Shown: piece by piece, positions 12,047-20,840 of the stretch
How the letters are laid out: every line of letters starts with the position of its first letter
Numbering within the stretch: position 1 is the stretch's first letter
Source: a virus
Lineage: Duplodnaviria; Heunggongvirae; Uroviricota; Caudoviricetes
IMG/VR virus record: IMGVR_UViG_2671180727_000014
Coordinates: 1 to 29,026 of that record
Reading direction: 5' to 3' (one strand)
DNA length: 29,026 nucleotides
Position numbers and translations under genes: made by a program
Notes under the pieces: model-generated
What the model was told of the DNA's origin: nothing
The model's database searches: none
The model's input: only the letters and a program-made list of their open reading frames with translations

Positions 12047-12133
12047 TGGTGGGGAGTGATGGAGTCGAACCACCCGAGTCGCAATGACAGTAGATTTACA
12101 GTCTACCCCGCTGCCCCTACGGACTAACTCCCC
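12047..12133 (-). tRNA. tRNA-Tyr (anticodon GUA), long variable arm, CCA encoded
   Basis: Reverse complement GGGGAGT...GTAGA-CTGTAAA-TCTAC...GGTGG-TTCGACT-CCATC-ACTCCCC-A-CCA. Confidence 0.8.
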
Positions 12134-12138
12134 TAAAT

Positions 12139-12213
12139 TGGCGATGGTGGGTGGATTCGAACCACCGACCAGTTGGTTAACAGCCAACTGCTCTACCGCT
12201 GAGCTACACCATC
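12139..12213 (-). tRNA. tRNA-Asn (anticodon GUU), CCA encoded
   Basis: Reverse complement GATGGTGTAGCTCAGCGGTAGAGCAGTTGGCTGTTAACCAACTGGTCGGTGGTTCGAATCCACCCACCATCGCCA: 7-bp acceptor stem, anticodon loop CTGTTAA. Confidence 0.85.
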
Positions 12214-12406
12214 AATTCAGCACTGCCAGTATTTATTACTCAACAGTGCCAATCGCGACGGTTTAGTTTCTGCCAGGAAACGCACCGCTACTTGCACTTT
12301 TCGTTAGTGCCAGACGCTTTCGACTTCGCTCAATAGTAGAAGGCAAAATCTTTAAGTAGATGATGTTTCTGAGGACAGCACCTACTTTGTAATTTATACA
12401 ATGTGA

Positions 12407-12421
12407 TGTATGGAATCATTT
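12407..12421 (+). repeat. copy of the 15-mer ATGTATGGAATCATT (half-site of the lox-like inverted repeat)
   Basis: Exact 15-mer, also present at 13418-13432 (+), at 9382-9396 (minus orientation), and with one mismatch at 9400-9414. Confidence 0.6.
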
Positions 12422-12478
12422 GTTGTGAAAACAGGCACCAATGGCAACAGTGGTTAAACCTACACAACAATCCTGTCT

Positions 12479-12602
12479 TCACAACGTTGAGGCCACTACT
12501 CCGATTGAATGTTTGCCCAACATGTTACATATCAACGCTCGCCGGTATCTCTGTGAATAGAACCTTAGAATTGATAAAAATGTAATGGCCTCAACGTTGT
12601 GT
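12479..12602. repeat. long-range inverted repeat: 16-nt arms (CACAACGTTGAGGCCA / its complement) separated by about 90 nt in a 780-bp ORF-poor region
   Basis: Read directly: ...cttcacaacgttgaggccact... at 12479-12496 and ...atggcctcaacgttgtgtg... at 12585-12602. Confidence 0.5.
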
Positions 12603-12763
12603 GCTGGCTAACCATACCAGCCGGGCTACGTCGCCGCTTTTTAACCCAGTATAAACGACATAATTGAACAAAATGACGTAACAGGATGGGCGGTCAGTGG
12701 CTAAGAATCCGGGAGTCATATGGAGTTGAAAATATACCAACCGCCCATTCTGTTACTTCATCG

Positions 12764-12787
12764 GAGGGAACATGAATGTTCCCTCCT
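12764..12787. repeat. 24-bp palindrome GGAGGGAACAT-GA-ATGTTCCCTCC
   Basis: Read directly; no flanking U-tract, so it looks more like a protein-binding site or RNA structure than a terminator. Confidence 0.5.
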
Positions 12788-12960
12788 GCGTTCTGCAATC
12801 ACACTCGCTCAGTGTGTCCCATTTCGGTAACGAGGCTGGAAACTGACCTCGCTGGTGTTTGGCTTATTAGGCTACTGCCAGATAGACTTCTTCGTTTGCA
12901 CTTGTATTTAAGTTCAAACAGTCGCGTCTCAACGAAAACAAAGTCATCTTATACATAAAA

Positions 12961-12982
12961 GATAAGTAAGTAAATACTTATC
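12961..12982. promoter_or_regulatory. palindromic site GATAAGTA-AGTAAA-TACTTATC
   Basis: 8-bp inverted repeat arms; member of the dispersed TAAGTA/TACTTA palindrome family. Confidence 0.35.
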
Positions 12983-12991
12983 ATTGTATTT

Positions 12992-13282
12992 TTATTCGGT
13001 TGTGACTTTTTTGATCAAGGCCACTCTACGACTAGGTGTTCTTGTGATGGTGGCAGTGAACCGTTTCGCTTGGATAGTAATGGTTTCGTTCTCCTTAAGT
13101 TGCCCGTAGCGAGTTTCCACCAGGGTGCCAAGACGCCACAGACCATCATCGATACGTTTATGACTAGCAAATTTTATCAGCAACAGTTTTACGACTAACT
13201 GACCTACGTAAAAGGCGAATGCGACTCCGGCCGCTAAGAAATAGGTGGCCAACCACCAGTCCCAAGAAGTTAAATTGCTCAT
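12992..13282 (-). CDS. small membrane protein (96 aa, one N-terminal transmembrane helix)
   Basis: Hydrophobic stretch WLATYFLAAGVAFAFYVGQLVVKLLLI; weak AAGG ribosome-binding site upstream. Confidence 0.45.
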   Translation of the reverse strand: MSNLTSWDWWLATYFLAAGVAFAFYVGQLVVKLLLIKFASHKRIDDGLWRLGTLVETRYGQLKENETITIQAKRFTATITRTPSRRVALIKKVTTE

Positions 13283-13427
13283 TTTCTAACCTTTGTTTCA
13301 TGAACTACCCGATACACACGCTTTCCGATGCACAGTGTTTTGGTTTTAAGTTCCTGCTTAATTAAATCACGACAGATGCCGAAGCCAATAAGGAAGCCAC
13401 CCATAAAAGCTAATGAGATGTATGGAA

Positions 13428-13643
13428 TCATTTTAACGCTCCTGATTCTACTAATTGCTGTAGCAATACTTTCCCTTTATCAGTTAACTGGTAGTTGGCC
13501 GAGCACCACGTTTCAGAAACGTTTGCAACCAACCCTAAACGCTCTAACTTAGCTCGCGTTTTAGGCTTCCAGTACTCAGGGAACTCCGGCCACTTACTGA
13601 TTTCATGAAGCGTTTCTTTCTCCCTTTTACTTAATACGATCAT
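13428..13643 (-). CDS. hypothetical protein (71 aa), translationally coupled to the ligase gene
   Basis: Start ATG overlaps the ligase stop (ATGA overlap); hydrophilic composition. Confidence 0.5.
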   Translation of the reverse strand: MIVLSKREKETLHEISKWPEFPEYWKPKTRAKLERLGLVANVSETWCSANYQLTDKGKVLLQQLVESGALK

Positions 13644-14962
13644 TCTTTATCTCCGATTCGATCTTCGGTATCGCGTAAGCAACGCGGCCATTTCAGTCGT
13701 GGGTGGCGTAAGCTGCCATCAGGTGTTTTCTCGTGACAATGAACCTCGACAATACGACCACGGTACTTCTCTTTGTTGTTCCAGATCTCGTCCAGATATT
13801 TATGCTTAATGCCACTCGCACGAACGATGACGCCGTTTTCAAGACGAATAACAATTTTTCCAAGCGTGTTGGCAAAACCAGAGTCCGGGTCGCCCGGCTC
13901 AAAATCGATAATTTCACCATCTTCTGAATCTTCGTCTTTTAACTTCCACCAGCTGCGGGTACGTTTAAACTCGTAAACAGAGTTCGGATCTTTGCCCATC
14001 TCCCCTTCTTCGTTATCGTCCAGGCGTTTCATGAAGCGTTCGATGAAGTCTTCGTGGCTATGGATGATGTAGAACGGATGTAGGTGAATGTCTTGCGCGT
14101 AGTCTTCACTGCGATCGTTTTTGAACAACGCCACGAGAATAGCCAGGCGCTCTTTCAGCTTCATACCTGTCTTTGCATACTCTTTGGATTTAGCCTGTGC
14201 CCGCCATTCCGGTAGGAAGAAGTCGAAAACATGATAAATAGCGCCAATTGCCTGCACGTTCTTTTTGCGCAATGCAGATACGGACTGGTTAAATGAACCG
14301 GCTGTTCCTTCACCATCGAAGAAGATGTGTTTGTGGCCTGAAAGTTTGCCTAATTCGAGCATGGCTGGCTTTAGGTGATCGAGAGACGTGATTGGATTAC
14401 CAGTACGAGAAAGGAAGTTCACCTCTTCCTCGTCAACAATAACCTCGCAAATTACTCGCAAACCATCGAGCTTAAGGCTGCCAATCATCGGCCATTTTGC
14501 TTTAGGATTTGGCTTGAAGGGGTATTTGTCGCCTTTTTCTTTATACGGTGACGCCAGCTGCACCTCGAATTTCGGAATGGGATTTTCAAAAACCTTGTTG
14601 CATAGGCTAATCCCAACACCCGCTTTCGGGTCTTTTAAGAGGAAACGACGGAACACGTCCTGCCCATCGGCGCACATTGACGCCACGATAGACTCAACAG
14701 CAGCTATTGCTGCGTTCCCCGTCAGCTCGCGAGAGGCCAGCTTATTCAGTACATCAATGGCTTTTTCGTCACTTGGGACGGACTCACTAAGCGGCTCTGC
14801 CACTTTGTATTTCTTTACCCCAAAACGGATGAAAGGGTTGAGCATCAATGAAACCATGCTTTGTTCAAAGTCATCCATGTTGGCCAATGCCTCTTTTTTT
14901 GCATTGGTTCCCATAGCTTTCATTTCGTCCAGCTTATGCTTAAGTGCGATCAACTTTTTCAT
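13640..14962 (-). CDS. ATP-dependent DNA ligase, 440 aa
   Basis: Adenylation motif I KxDGxR present as SLKLDGLRVICEV; size and layout consistent with phage ATP-dependent ligases. Confidence 0.75.
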   Translation of the reverse strand: MKKLIALKHKLDEMKAMGTNAKKEALANMDDFEQSMVSLMLNPFIRFGVKKYKVAEPLSESVPSDEKAIDVLNKLASRELTGNAAIAAVESIVASMCADGQDVFRRFLLKDPKAGVGISLCNKVFENPIPKFEVQLASPYKEKGDKYPFKPNPKAKWPMIGSLKLDGLRVICEVIVDEEEVNFLSRTGNPITSLDHLKPAMLELGKLSGHKHIFFDGEGTAGSFNQSVSALRKKNVQAIGAIYHVFDFFLPEWRAQAKSKEYAKTGMKLKERLAILVALFKNDRSEDYAQDIHLHPFYIIHSHEDFIERFMKRLDDNEEGEMGKDPNSVYEFKRTRSWWKLKDEDSEDGEIIDFEPGDPDSGFANTLGKIVIRLENGVIVRASGIKHKYLDEIWNNKEKYRGRIVEVHCHEKTPDGSLRHPRLKWPRCLRDTEDRIGDKE

Positions 14963-15429
14963 TGTTGTTTTGCCTCCATATGTTGATCGATTTGCTCATG
15001 TGTTTCTTTTGTTGTTTCTTCAATCAACGCCGCATACACGTCAGTGATCGCTGTTTGTGATGTGGCGCTCTTCTTAACCATGCTATTAATCGTTACACTG
15101 TCACGTTTTCGTTTTATAGTTCTGGCTTGTTTATTCCGTTCTTCAACCTCCTTAATGAGTGCGGTCATATCTTCGAAATACAGAGATTCTCCTTTACGAA
15201 TCTCTTCAACCATCATTTTTAACGCCTTGCATTTGCCTGCTTTAATAGCGGTTGCGCACGACTGGAAAGACGTTCGAGGAAGACGGTTTTCTTTGAAGGC
15301 AAGAATGGTGTGCTGGCATACGGAGTAGCTGCAATATGCCGACTCACCGTTTATCTTTACTTCCTCACAACGAAGTGAATAACCGTTATTTCCTGAAATA
15401 GAAGGGACTTTTGACAAATCAGCTTTCAC
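14959..15429 (-). CDS. hypothetical protein with N-terminal Cys cluster, 156 aa
   Basis: ORF; its stop overlaps the ligase start by 4 nt; several Cys residues in the first 70 aa. Confidence 0.5.
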   Translation of the reverse strand: MKADLSKVPSISGNNGYSLRCEEVKINGESAYCSYSVCQHTILAFKENRLPRTSFQSCATAIKAGKCKALKMMVEEIRKGESLYFEDMTALIKEVEERNKQARTIKRKRDSVTINSMVKKSATSQTAITDVYAALIEETTKETHEQIDQHMEAKQQ

Positions 15430-15496
15430 AATTACCGCCAGAAATAATCTTGTGCTTACCTATCATTATTTGCGTAAAAAACGACACACAGAGAGC

Positions 15497-16273
15497 TTAC
15501 CAACTTCCCCAGCTAATCATCTTGCGCTGATCGCTTTCTAAGCGATAGGGGGCAAGAAGCTCTGTGACATGATTGGTGGCGTATGATTTGGCCTCTTGCT
15601 CTATCATCGGTAATTCGTTAGCAATCCTGACCATCTTCCCAGCAAATTCCGCCATTACGCCATCACACGCCTTACCCGCATCAACAATGATATGCACAAG
15701 ATCCAACTGGCTTTTGCACATGTCCCAAAGAGTCGAATATTCGCTCTCCCTGATTAGGTTTACAGCATCATTAGCCCCTTTATTAATCAAAACCTCCAAC
15801 AGGTTTTTCGGGGTAACGAAATCTGCTTTCAGAGATAGTGTCTTTTCACCACTTATCGAACGCAAGTACTCTTCGTAGTTATTCTTCATCAAACCGCTGC
15901 TGCGCATTGCTAGAACTGCTTCTTGAATGGCCGCTTCAATAGTTTCGTCGTTTGAAAGACAAAAAACGGTATTTGTGTAGATCACTTTGCCATCCATCCA
16001 TGCACCAACCTGCACTTTAAGACTGAGCGGGTTTTCTTTGCTAATAAAAACAACTAATGCAGAACGCCGTGCACAAGAAGGTTCACCCCATACGTGTAAC
16101 TCAACTTTCAGATAAGGTAGCCCTGGTAGCGGGATCTCAACCAAACGAGTGGCGATATGATCCATTGCTGTTTTTACCGCTTTTTCAATGATGTCTAGTC
16201 GATTGCTCTCGCTGATTTCTAAACCAGTTTTATCAATGATGTCGCAGGCTAATTTCTGAATTTCGTCTTTCAT
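15497..16273 (-). CDS. hypothetical protein, 258 aa
   Basis: ORF with protein-like composition; palindrome ATAAGTA-ATCATC-TACTTAT upstream at 16314-16334. Confidence 0.55.
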   Translation of the reverse strand: MKDEIQKLACDIIDKTGLEISESNRLDIIEKAVKTAMDHIATRLVEIPLPGLPYLKVELHVWGEPSCARRSALVVFISKENPLSLKVQVGAWMDGKVIYTNTVFCLSNDETIEAAIQEAVLAMRSSGLMKNNYEEYLRSISGEKTLSLKADFVTPKNLLEVLINKGANDAVNLIRESEYSTLWDMCKSQLDLVHIIVDAGKACDGVMAEFAGKMVRIANELPMIEQEAKSYATNHVTELLAPYRLESDQRKMISWGSW

Positions 16274-16313
16274 ACCAACTCCTAGCTAACAGATGAAAGT
16301 ATTCTTACAGAAA

Positions 16314-16334
16314 GATAAGTAATCATCTACTTAT
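16314..16334. promoter_or_regulatory. palindromic site ATAAGTA-ATCATC-TACTTAT upstream of the 258-aa gene
   Basis: Inverted repeat read directly; same TAAGTA/TACTTA family. Confidence 0.35.
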
Positions 16335-16348
16335 TTTAGCGGCACTTG

Positions 16349-17602
16349 TTACGATAGCGCCTTAATGCCCAAAACCTTGCTTTGCAACTCCAACTGTTTG
16401 GTATACGGTTTTGCCCGATAATAGGCTTTGATAATTTGTTCTGGCGTTGCATCGCCTGGGTCGAGTCCTTCCTCGCCCAAACATGCTACTTTGACATTAA
16501 GACCAATACTGGTCAGTCGCCTGGCTGCGGCCATAGTGTTGCGTATAGCTTGCTTTTCACTATCCCACATCATGATCACATTACGTAATCCACGCGCCTT
16601 GAGCGTCAGGAACGCGCCCAACTGATCTTCTGCATCCTGAGTGGTGTTACCAGATAGATGCATCCCGAACGTTCCTATCGGTTCCACGTAATCACGTAAT
16701 GTTTCTTCATCAAAAATAGCTCGTTTAACTCCCATAACATCGAACGCCCCCTCACAGACAACTACAGTCTGTTTGCCGACCGCATTATGGCCGTTGTAGA
16801 GAAACTTACCTGAAGCTGGAAGCTGCATAGGAAAGAGGTAGCGACGTTCAGCTGTACCGGTAATGTCTCGCCCCTGAAATGTCTTCATTACCCCATCCAG
16901 ATCGTAAACCGGTATCAGTATTCGCATATCGAATATCTGTCCTTTAACCTGATCTGTATACGGATCTACATAAGCGTGCTTGCCTTCGACGCAGTATCGT
17001 AGGTCAAAATACTTTGCCATTTCAGGCGATATGTTTCGTTCAACCAGATAGTCTGGAAGACGGCCATCTATAGGAAGTTCGTAATGACGAGGGAGTGCAA
17101 GTGGTCCCTCTAACTCGACTGTGCTTGCAAGCACTATCTCTTCTTTCTTTGGTGCCCACCCCTGGGAAAGAAGGGCGTTCTGCACATATTCCTCGAACTG
17201 TCGTCGTGATTTGCCGCTGTAGTGCTTGAGGAAGACCAGCTTATTGAACTGAATCTCTTCGGGATGATCACCAGCGAAGCATTTACCGACGCCACTGGTC
17301 AGATTGAAATATACCTTCCAGTTGGAGCTGCCACATACCGGACACTCCTTGATATTCACTTCACGACCGCGAGTACTCACGCCTCCACGTCGATAAACGA
17401 TACCTTCAGTATCCAACCATTGTTCAAAATCTAATTCGGTAATTAGCTCTTTCAGCTCGCTCACGATAATTCCACTTTTAACAGGCAATATTGTGACCAA
17501 CCTAAATGTTGATATAACATAAAGGCTCATGTGTTTTTCTTTTGTGGTTTGGCAAAAGAAAAGTTGTTTCACCAATGAATCAAGCGTGGAGGTGTTCTCC
17601 AC
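16349..17602 (-). CDS. DNA primase (zinc-ribbon + TOPRIM, DnaG/T7 gp4-primase-like), 417 aa
   Basis: Zn-binding CPVCGSSNWKVYF...GKCFAGDH; TOPRIM-like VVVCEGAFDVMGV and MMWDSEKQ; directly downstream of the helicase gene. Confidence 0.7.
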   Translation of the reverse strand: MENTSTLDSLVKQLFFCQTTKEKHMSLYVISTFRLVTILPVKSGIIVSELKELITELDFEQWLDTEGIVYRRGGVSTRGREVNIKECPVCGSSNWKVYFNLTSGVGKCFAGDHPEEIQFNKLVFLKHYSGKSRRQFEEYVQNALLSQGWAPKKEEIVLASTVELEGPLALPRHYELPIDGRLPDYLVERNISPEMAKYFDLRYCVEGKHAYVDPYTDQVKGQIFDMRILIPVYDLDGVMKTFQGRDITGTAERRYLFPMQLPASGKFLYNGHNAVGKQTVVVCEGAFDVMGVKRAIFDEETLRDYVEPIGTFGMHLSGNTTQDAEDQLGAFLTLKARGLRNVIMMWDSEKQAIRNTMAAARRLTSIGLNVKVACLGEEGLDPGDATPEQIIKAYYRAKPYTKQLELQSKVLGIKALS

Positions 17603-17611
17603 GCTTATTTT

Positions 17612-18952
17612 TTAGGTAACGTCTAAGATTCGCTCAATGAAGCGCATTTGTTCGAGGTTTTGTTTAACGCGAATGCTGATCCCTCCCTGCTGGTTACGTG
17701 AACCAGCAAAGTAGAGACGAGCCTCTCCTTTCGCTTCTTCTTCTTCGGTTTTGTTGATCGTTATTACCAGGTCAGCAATACGTACTTTTTCGATGTTGTC
17801 GGCAGCGTGCATCATTGTGGCAACTTCTGACGCGCCACCTTCACGGTTTGTCTGCGATGCCGTGATACCAGCAACGTTGTGTTTGTCATAAAGAGCACGT
17901 AAGTCGGTATAGATACTACGTATGTTGGCGCGATCATCACGAAGGTCATAACTGGCACGCATCAAATCTGCATAGTCGACAACAACCATGTCAGGCACCA
18001 TGCCATTGGCTTTCATGCTGTTAAGCATACGATCCAGATCTGCCGGTGACATACTTCCTGACGGACGCTCAACAACCCACAAACTACCAATCCCCTTCGT
18101 GGCTCCCAACTCTGCCAACTTACGATGAACCTCATCGCGCCGTTCCACCAGCTTGGACATTTCTGTCTCCGACAATCTTGCATCAAAACGGTCGGATAAA
18201 ATGGTGGTGTGAACCTCCAGCGAGAGATACAGAACATTGTAGCCAGCAAGCGTTGCGTTTATGGAAAACTCACCCATTGCGGTCGATTTACCGGATTTAG
18301 CGAACCCCATGAAGAGCACCATTTCACGCTTCGCCCAGCCTTTTTGGTACAGCAACCTATCGAGCAGAGGGAGTCCAGTTGTAATGCTGTTTGGCACATA
18401 CTCCTCTGAAGCCTCATATTCACGCGCTTTCAATCGCTCACTTGCGGAGGTGTAGTAGTCATAGATTCCGGTCGCTTCGTTCGATCCAATCTGCTGAACC
18501 TTGGCCATGATTGCCATCGCCCCCTGAAAGTCGCCCTTCTCTTTCAGTTCAGCAGCCTTAATCAGAGCATCATCAAACGCTACGCTTTTTGCGAAGGTTG
18601 ATACCTGGTCAACCATGTACGAGGTATCAGACAATTTTTCTGCAAGGATGCGCTTAAACGCAGCAACAACATCGGCGAATAGTTCCTCACGGATAGTCTT
18701 ATCGCGTTTCGCACGCTTAAGCATATCCAGAACCGCAGATGAAGAGGGCGCGCTCTTGTACATACGGTAATAGCCCGAAACCATATTAACCAATATGGCA
18801 TTGGCCGCATTGGCAAATTGGCTAGGTACAACCAGATCTCCAGCACGAGTAAGAAACTCGTGATCACGACAAAAATAGGCCGTCAATCTGTTCTGAAAAT
18901 CTTCATCAAACTCTTCGGACAGCCCGCGTCCTGTATGGCAAAGTTCGGTCAT
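17612..18952 (-). CDS. DnaB-family replicative helicase, 446 aa
   Basis: C-terminal RecA-like domain with Walker A GFAKSGKST and Walker B-like region VVVDYADLM. Confidence 0.8.
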   Translation of the reverse strand: MTELCHTGRGLSEEFDEDFQNRLTAYFCRDHEFLTRAGDLVVPSQFANAANAILVNMVSGYYRMYKSAPSSSAVLDMLKRAKRDKTIREELFADVVAAFKRILAEKLSDTSYMVDQVSTFAKSVAFDDALIKAAELKEKGDFQGAMAIMAKVQQIGSNEATGIYDYYTSASERLKAREYEASEEYVPNSITTGLPLLDRLLYQKGWAKREMVLFMGFAKSGKSTAMGEFSINATLAGYNVLYLSLEVHTTILSDRFDARLSETEMSKLVERRDEVHRKLAELGATKGIGSLWVVERPSGSMSPADLDRMLNSMKANGMVPDMVVVDYADLMRASYDLRDDRANIRSIYTDLRALYDKHNVAGITASQTNREGGASEVATMMHAADNIEKVRIADLVITINKTEEEEAKGEARLYFAGSRNQQGGISIRVKQNLEQMRFIERILDVT

Positions 18953-18995
18953 GTGCTTTCCTTTGTTTTTTAAACAAATTGTTTTCTAGTATTAG

Positions 18996-19745
18996 TTAAT
19001 TAGATAGGGGATCAATAAACCGCCGTGCTTCTTCCAGTTCTTCTGGAAAGTGGGCGGAAATAAGGCGCTCTGGAACGATTTCCATTAGCCAGATAGCGGA
19101 GAAAATTGCGCGTATGCGCTTGCTGCGGGGGATGGTGCGTAAACGCTCCAGAATCCACTCAAAATAGCTTTCCTGAATCGGGTTGAACTGCATGTCTCCC
19201 ATATTCTTAAAGCTAACGAGAGAGTCATCCAGACGGGTTGTTGCGCGTCTGGCTAATTTCTCTTCGAATATCTCAATCAGCTCTGGCTGCCACAAATGCT
19301 GTGGGCGCGGCAGCTTGTCCCACAGCCGTCGTGCAGCTGCGGAAAGAACGGTGGAGATAAAGTAGTCGTATGAGCAGCAATAGCGATCCGCAAACTGGCG
19401 TGCTTTCCATAGCGACGTTTTATTGGCAGTCGACAACTCCTGATAAGGCAGGCGTTTTAACCCGGTGGTGAACGGAGCTGTTTCAAAGTGTTCGCGACCG
19501 TGCGTCAGCATGATATTTGAGTACTGACGTTTGTATGCCTCCGTAAAAAGACAGGTGGCCATGAGAGGATGCATGTCGCGGTAATCAAACCACTTCGTCT
19601 CGAAGAGTTCAGCCTCGTCTTTACAGCGCGACAAACCAATGTTTTCAGCGACCCACTTGTCCATAACAGCGGTATTCCACTCTGTCATGAAGTCGTACTG
19701 GTCGTTGTCGATGGTATCGAAAAAGATTTGGCTCATGTGGCTCAC
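18996..19745 (-). CDS. hypothetical protein, 249 aa
   Basis: ORF; no recognisable motif. My hand translation near 19680-19745 was off by one base from the ORF track, so the exact start is uncertain. Confidence 0.5.
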   Translation of the reverse strand: MSHMSQIFFDTIDNDQYDFMTEWNTAVMDKWVAENIGLSRCKDEAELFETKWFDYRDMHPLMATCLFTEAYKRQYSNIMLTHGREHFETAPFTTGLKRLPYQELSTANKTSLWKARQFADRYCCSYDYFISTVLSAAARRLWDKLPRPQHLWQPELIEIFEEKLARRATTRLDDSLVSFKNMGDMQFNPIQESYFEWILERLRTIPRSKRIRAIFSAIWLMEIVPERLISAHFPEELEEARRFIDPLSN

Positions 19746-19747
19746 CT

Positions 19748-19770
19748 GGTAGGTAGTTACTTACTTATCA
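19748..19770. promoter_or_regulatory. palindrome-family site GGTAGGTAGTTACTTACTTATCA; a second palindrome AATAAGT-T-ACTTATT lies at 19871-19887
   Basis: Read directly in the AT-rich divergent region between the 249-aa gene and the GIY-YIG gene. Confidence 0.35.
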
Positions 19771-20018
19771 CAATGAGCGGATGATAGCGACTGGTGGCAG
19801 TTTTTGGAAGTGGAAACGGAAGGGAGTTGTTCTGGTGGTGTCTTTTAAAAGACCTGCTTCCGTATATATTTAATAAGTTACTTATTATTTATATATACAG
19901 AAGCAGGCATAACTTGTCGTCTTAGACGCCCAGAAGCTCTACACTTTGAGCCTGTTAAATTGATTAAAAACTTATGTGTAAAATAGAACGCATTAGTCAG
20001 TAGCAAAGAGATGCAATA

Positions 20019-20786
20019 ATGGACGATTTATCGGTATACGCGAGATCATTGGATAAGGCTAAATACTATGTTTACTGTCTCTATGATACAGAAGACAAGA
20101 TGAAAAGACCGTTTTACATAGGAAAAGGCAAATCGACTCGTTGTCTCGATCACATCAAGTATCCCGATGACTCTCCCAAATCCATGCGGATCAAAGAACT
20201 TTTGGCTAATAAAAAATTAGGCATAGATATACTTCGTCATGGTATGGATGAAACCACAGCCAAACTTGTTGAGGCGACATGCATCGACCTTATGGGGGTC
20301 GGAGAGCTTACGAATAAGGTACGAGGAAGTGGTTCCATGATGGGCAGAATATCACTGGACGCCTACCATCACTTAGTGCTGCAAGAGGAAACTGAAATTG
20401 CTCCTGAGCACGCCGGTCTTGCCTTCCTGCTAAACAGCACCTACAAGTCAGGAATGTCCGCTCTGGCATTATATGAAGCTACGCGTGGCGTATGGGCAAA
20501 GGTTCCAAGAGACGAGAATCTCAAATATGCCTACGCTACATATGGTGGGCTGATAATGGAAGTTTATCAGATTGAATGCTGGGTCAAAGCCGGTTCTCAG
20601 CAGTACTTTACAAGGGATATAGCTCTTGGCCCCGACACAAAACGTTATGAATTTGTTGGCAGAATAGCCGATGAGCATATTAGAAAACTGTATGTAGGCA
20701 AATTAATCAAGAAGCCACCAAGCTACGGTAGCCCTTTTGTGAAGGTTGGGGTGGTTAGGACTGAACATAGTGTTAGCGCGGCATAA
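20019..20786 (+). CDS. GIY-YIG nuclease-domain protein with an uncharacterised C-terminal domain, 255 aa
   Basis: N-terminal GIY-YIG signature YYVYCLYDTEDKMKRPFYIGKGKSTRCLDH; the C-terminal ~150 aa has no motif I can name; solitary plus-strand gene with its own terminator. Confidence 0.65.
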   Translation: MDDLSVYARSLDKAKYYVYCLYDTEDKMKRPFYIGKGKSTRCLDHIKYPDDSPKSMRIKELLANKKLGIDILRHGMDETTAKLVEATCIDLMGVGELTNKVRGSGSMMGRISLDAYHHLVLQEETEIAPEHAGLAFLLNSTYKSGMSALALYEATRGVWAKVPRDENLKYAYATYGGLIMEVYQIECWVKAGSQQYFTRDIALGPDTKRYEFVGRIADEHIRKLYVGKLIKKPPSYGSPFVKVGVVRTEHSVSAA

Positions 20787-20802
20787 AGCTGACACTGTAG
20801 TT

Positions 20803-20840
20803 ATGCATTGGCGCAATGTACGCGCCAATGCATGATTTTT
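20803..20840 (+). terminator. terminator hairpin (12-bp inverted repeat ATGCATTGGCGC / GCGCCAATGCAT, 7-nt loop) followed by a T-run
   Basis: Read directly; sits between the convergent GIY-YIG gene and the ParA-partner gene. Confidence 0.6.

Noticed and set aside
13418-13552. Hydrophobic 44-aa peptide on the plus strand (MYGIILTLLILLIAVAILSLYQ...), reminiscent of a type I toxin, starting in the 15-mer repeat
   Set aside because: It is fully antisense to a minus-strand ORF that is translationally coupled to the ligase. Antisense of Lys/Glu-rich coding sequence often yields spurious hydrophobic ORFs, and the 15-mer is in a different frame at its other copies. Not excluded, but unsupported.
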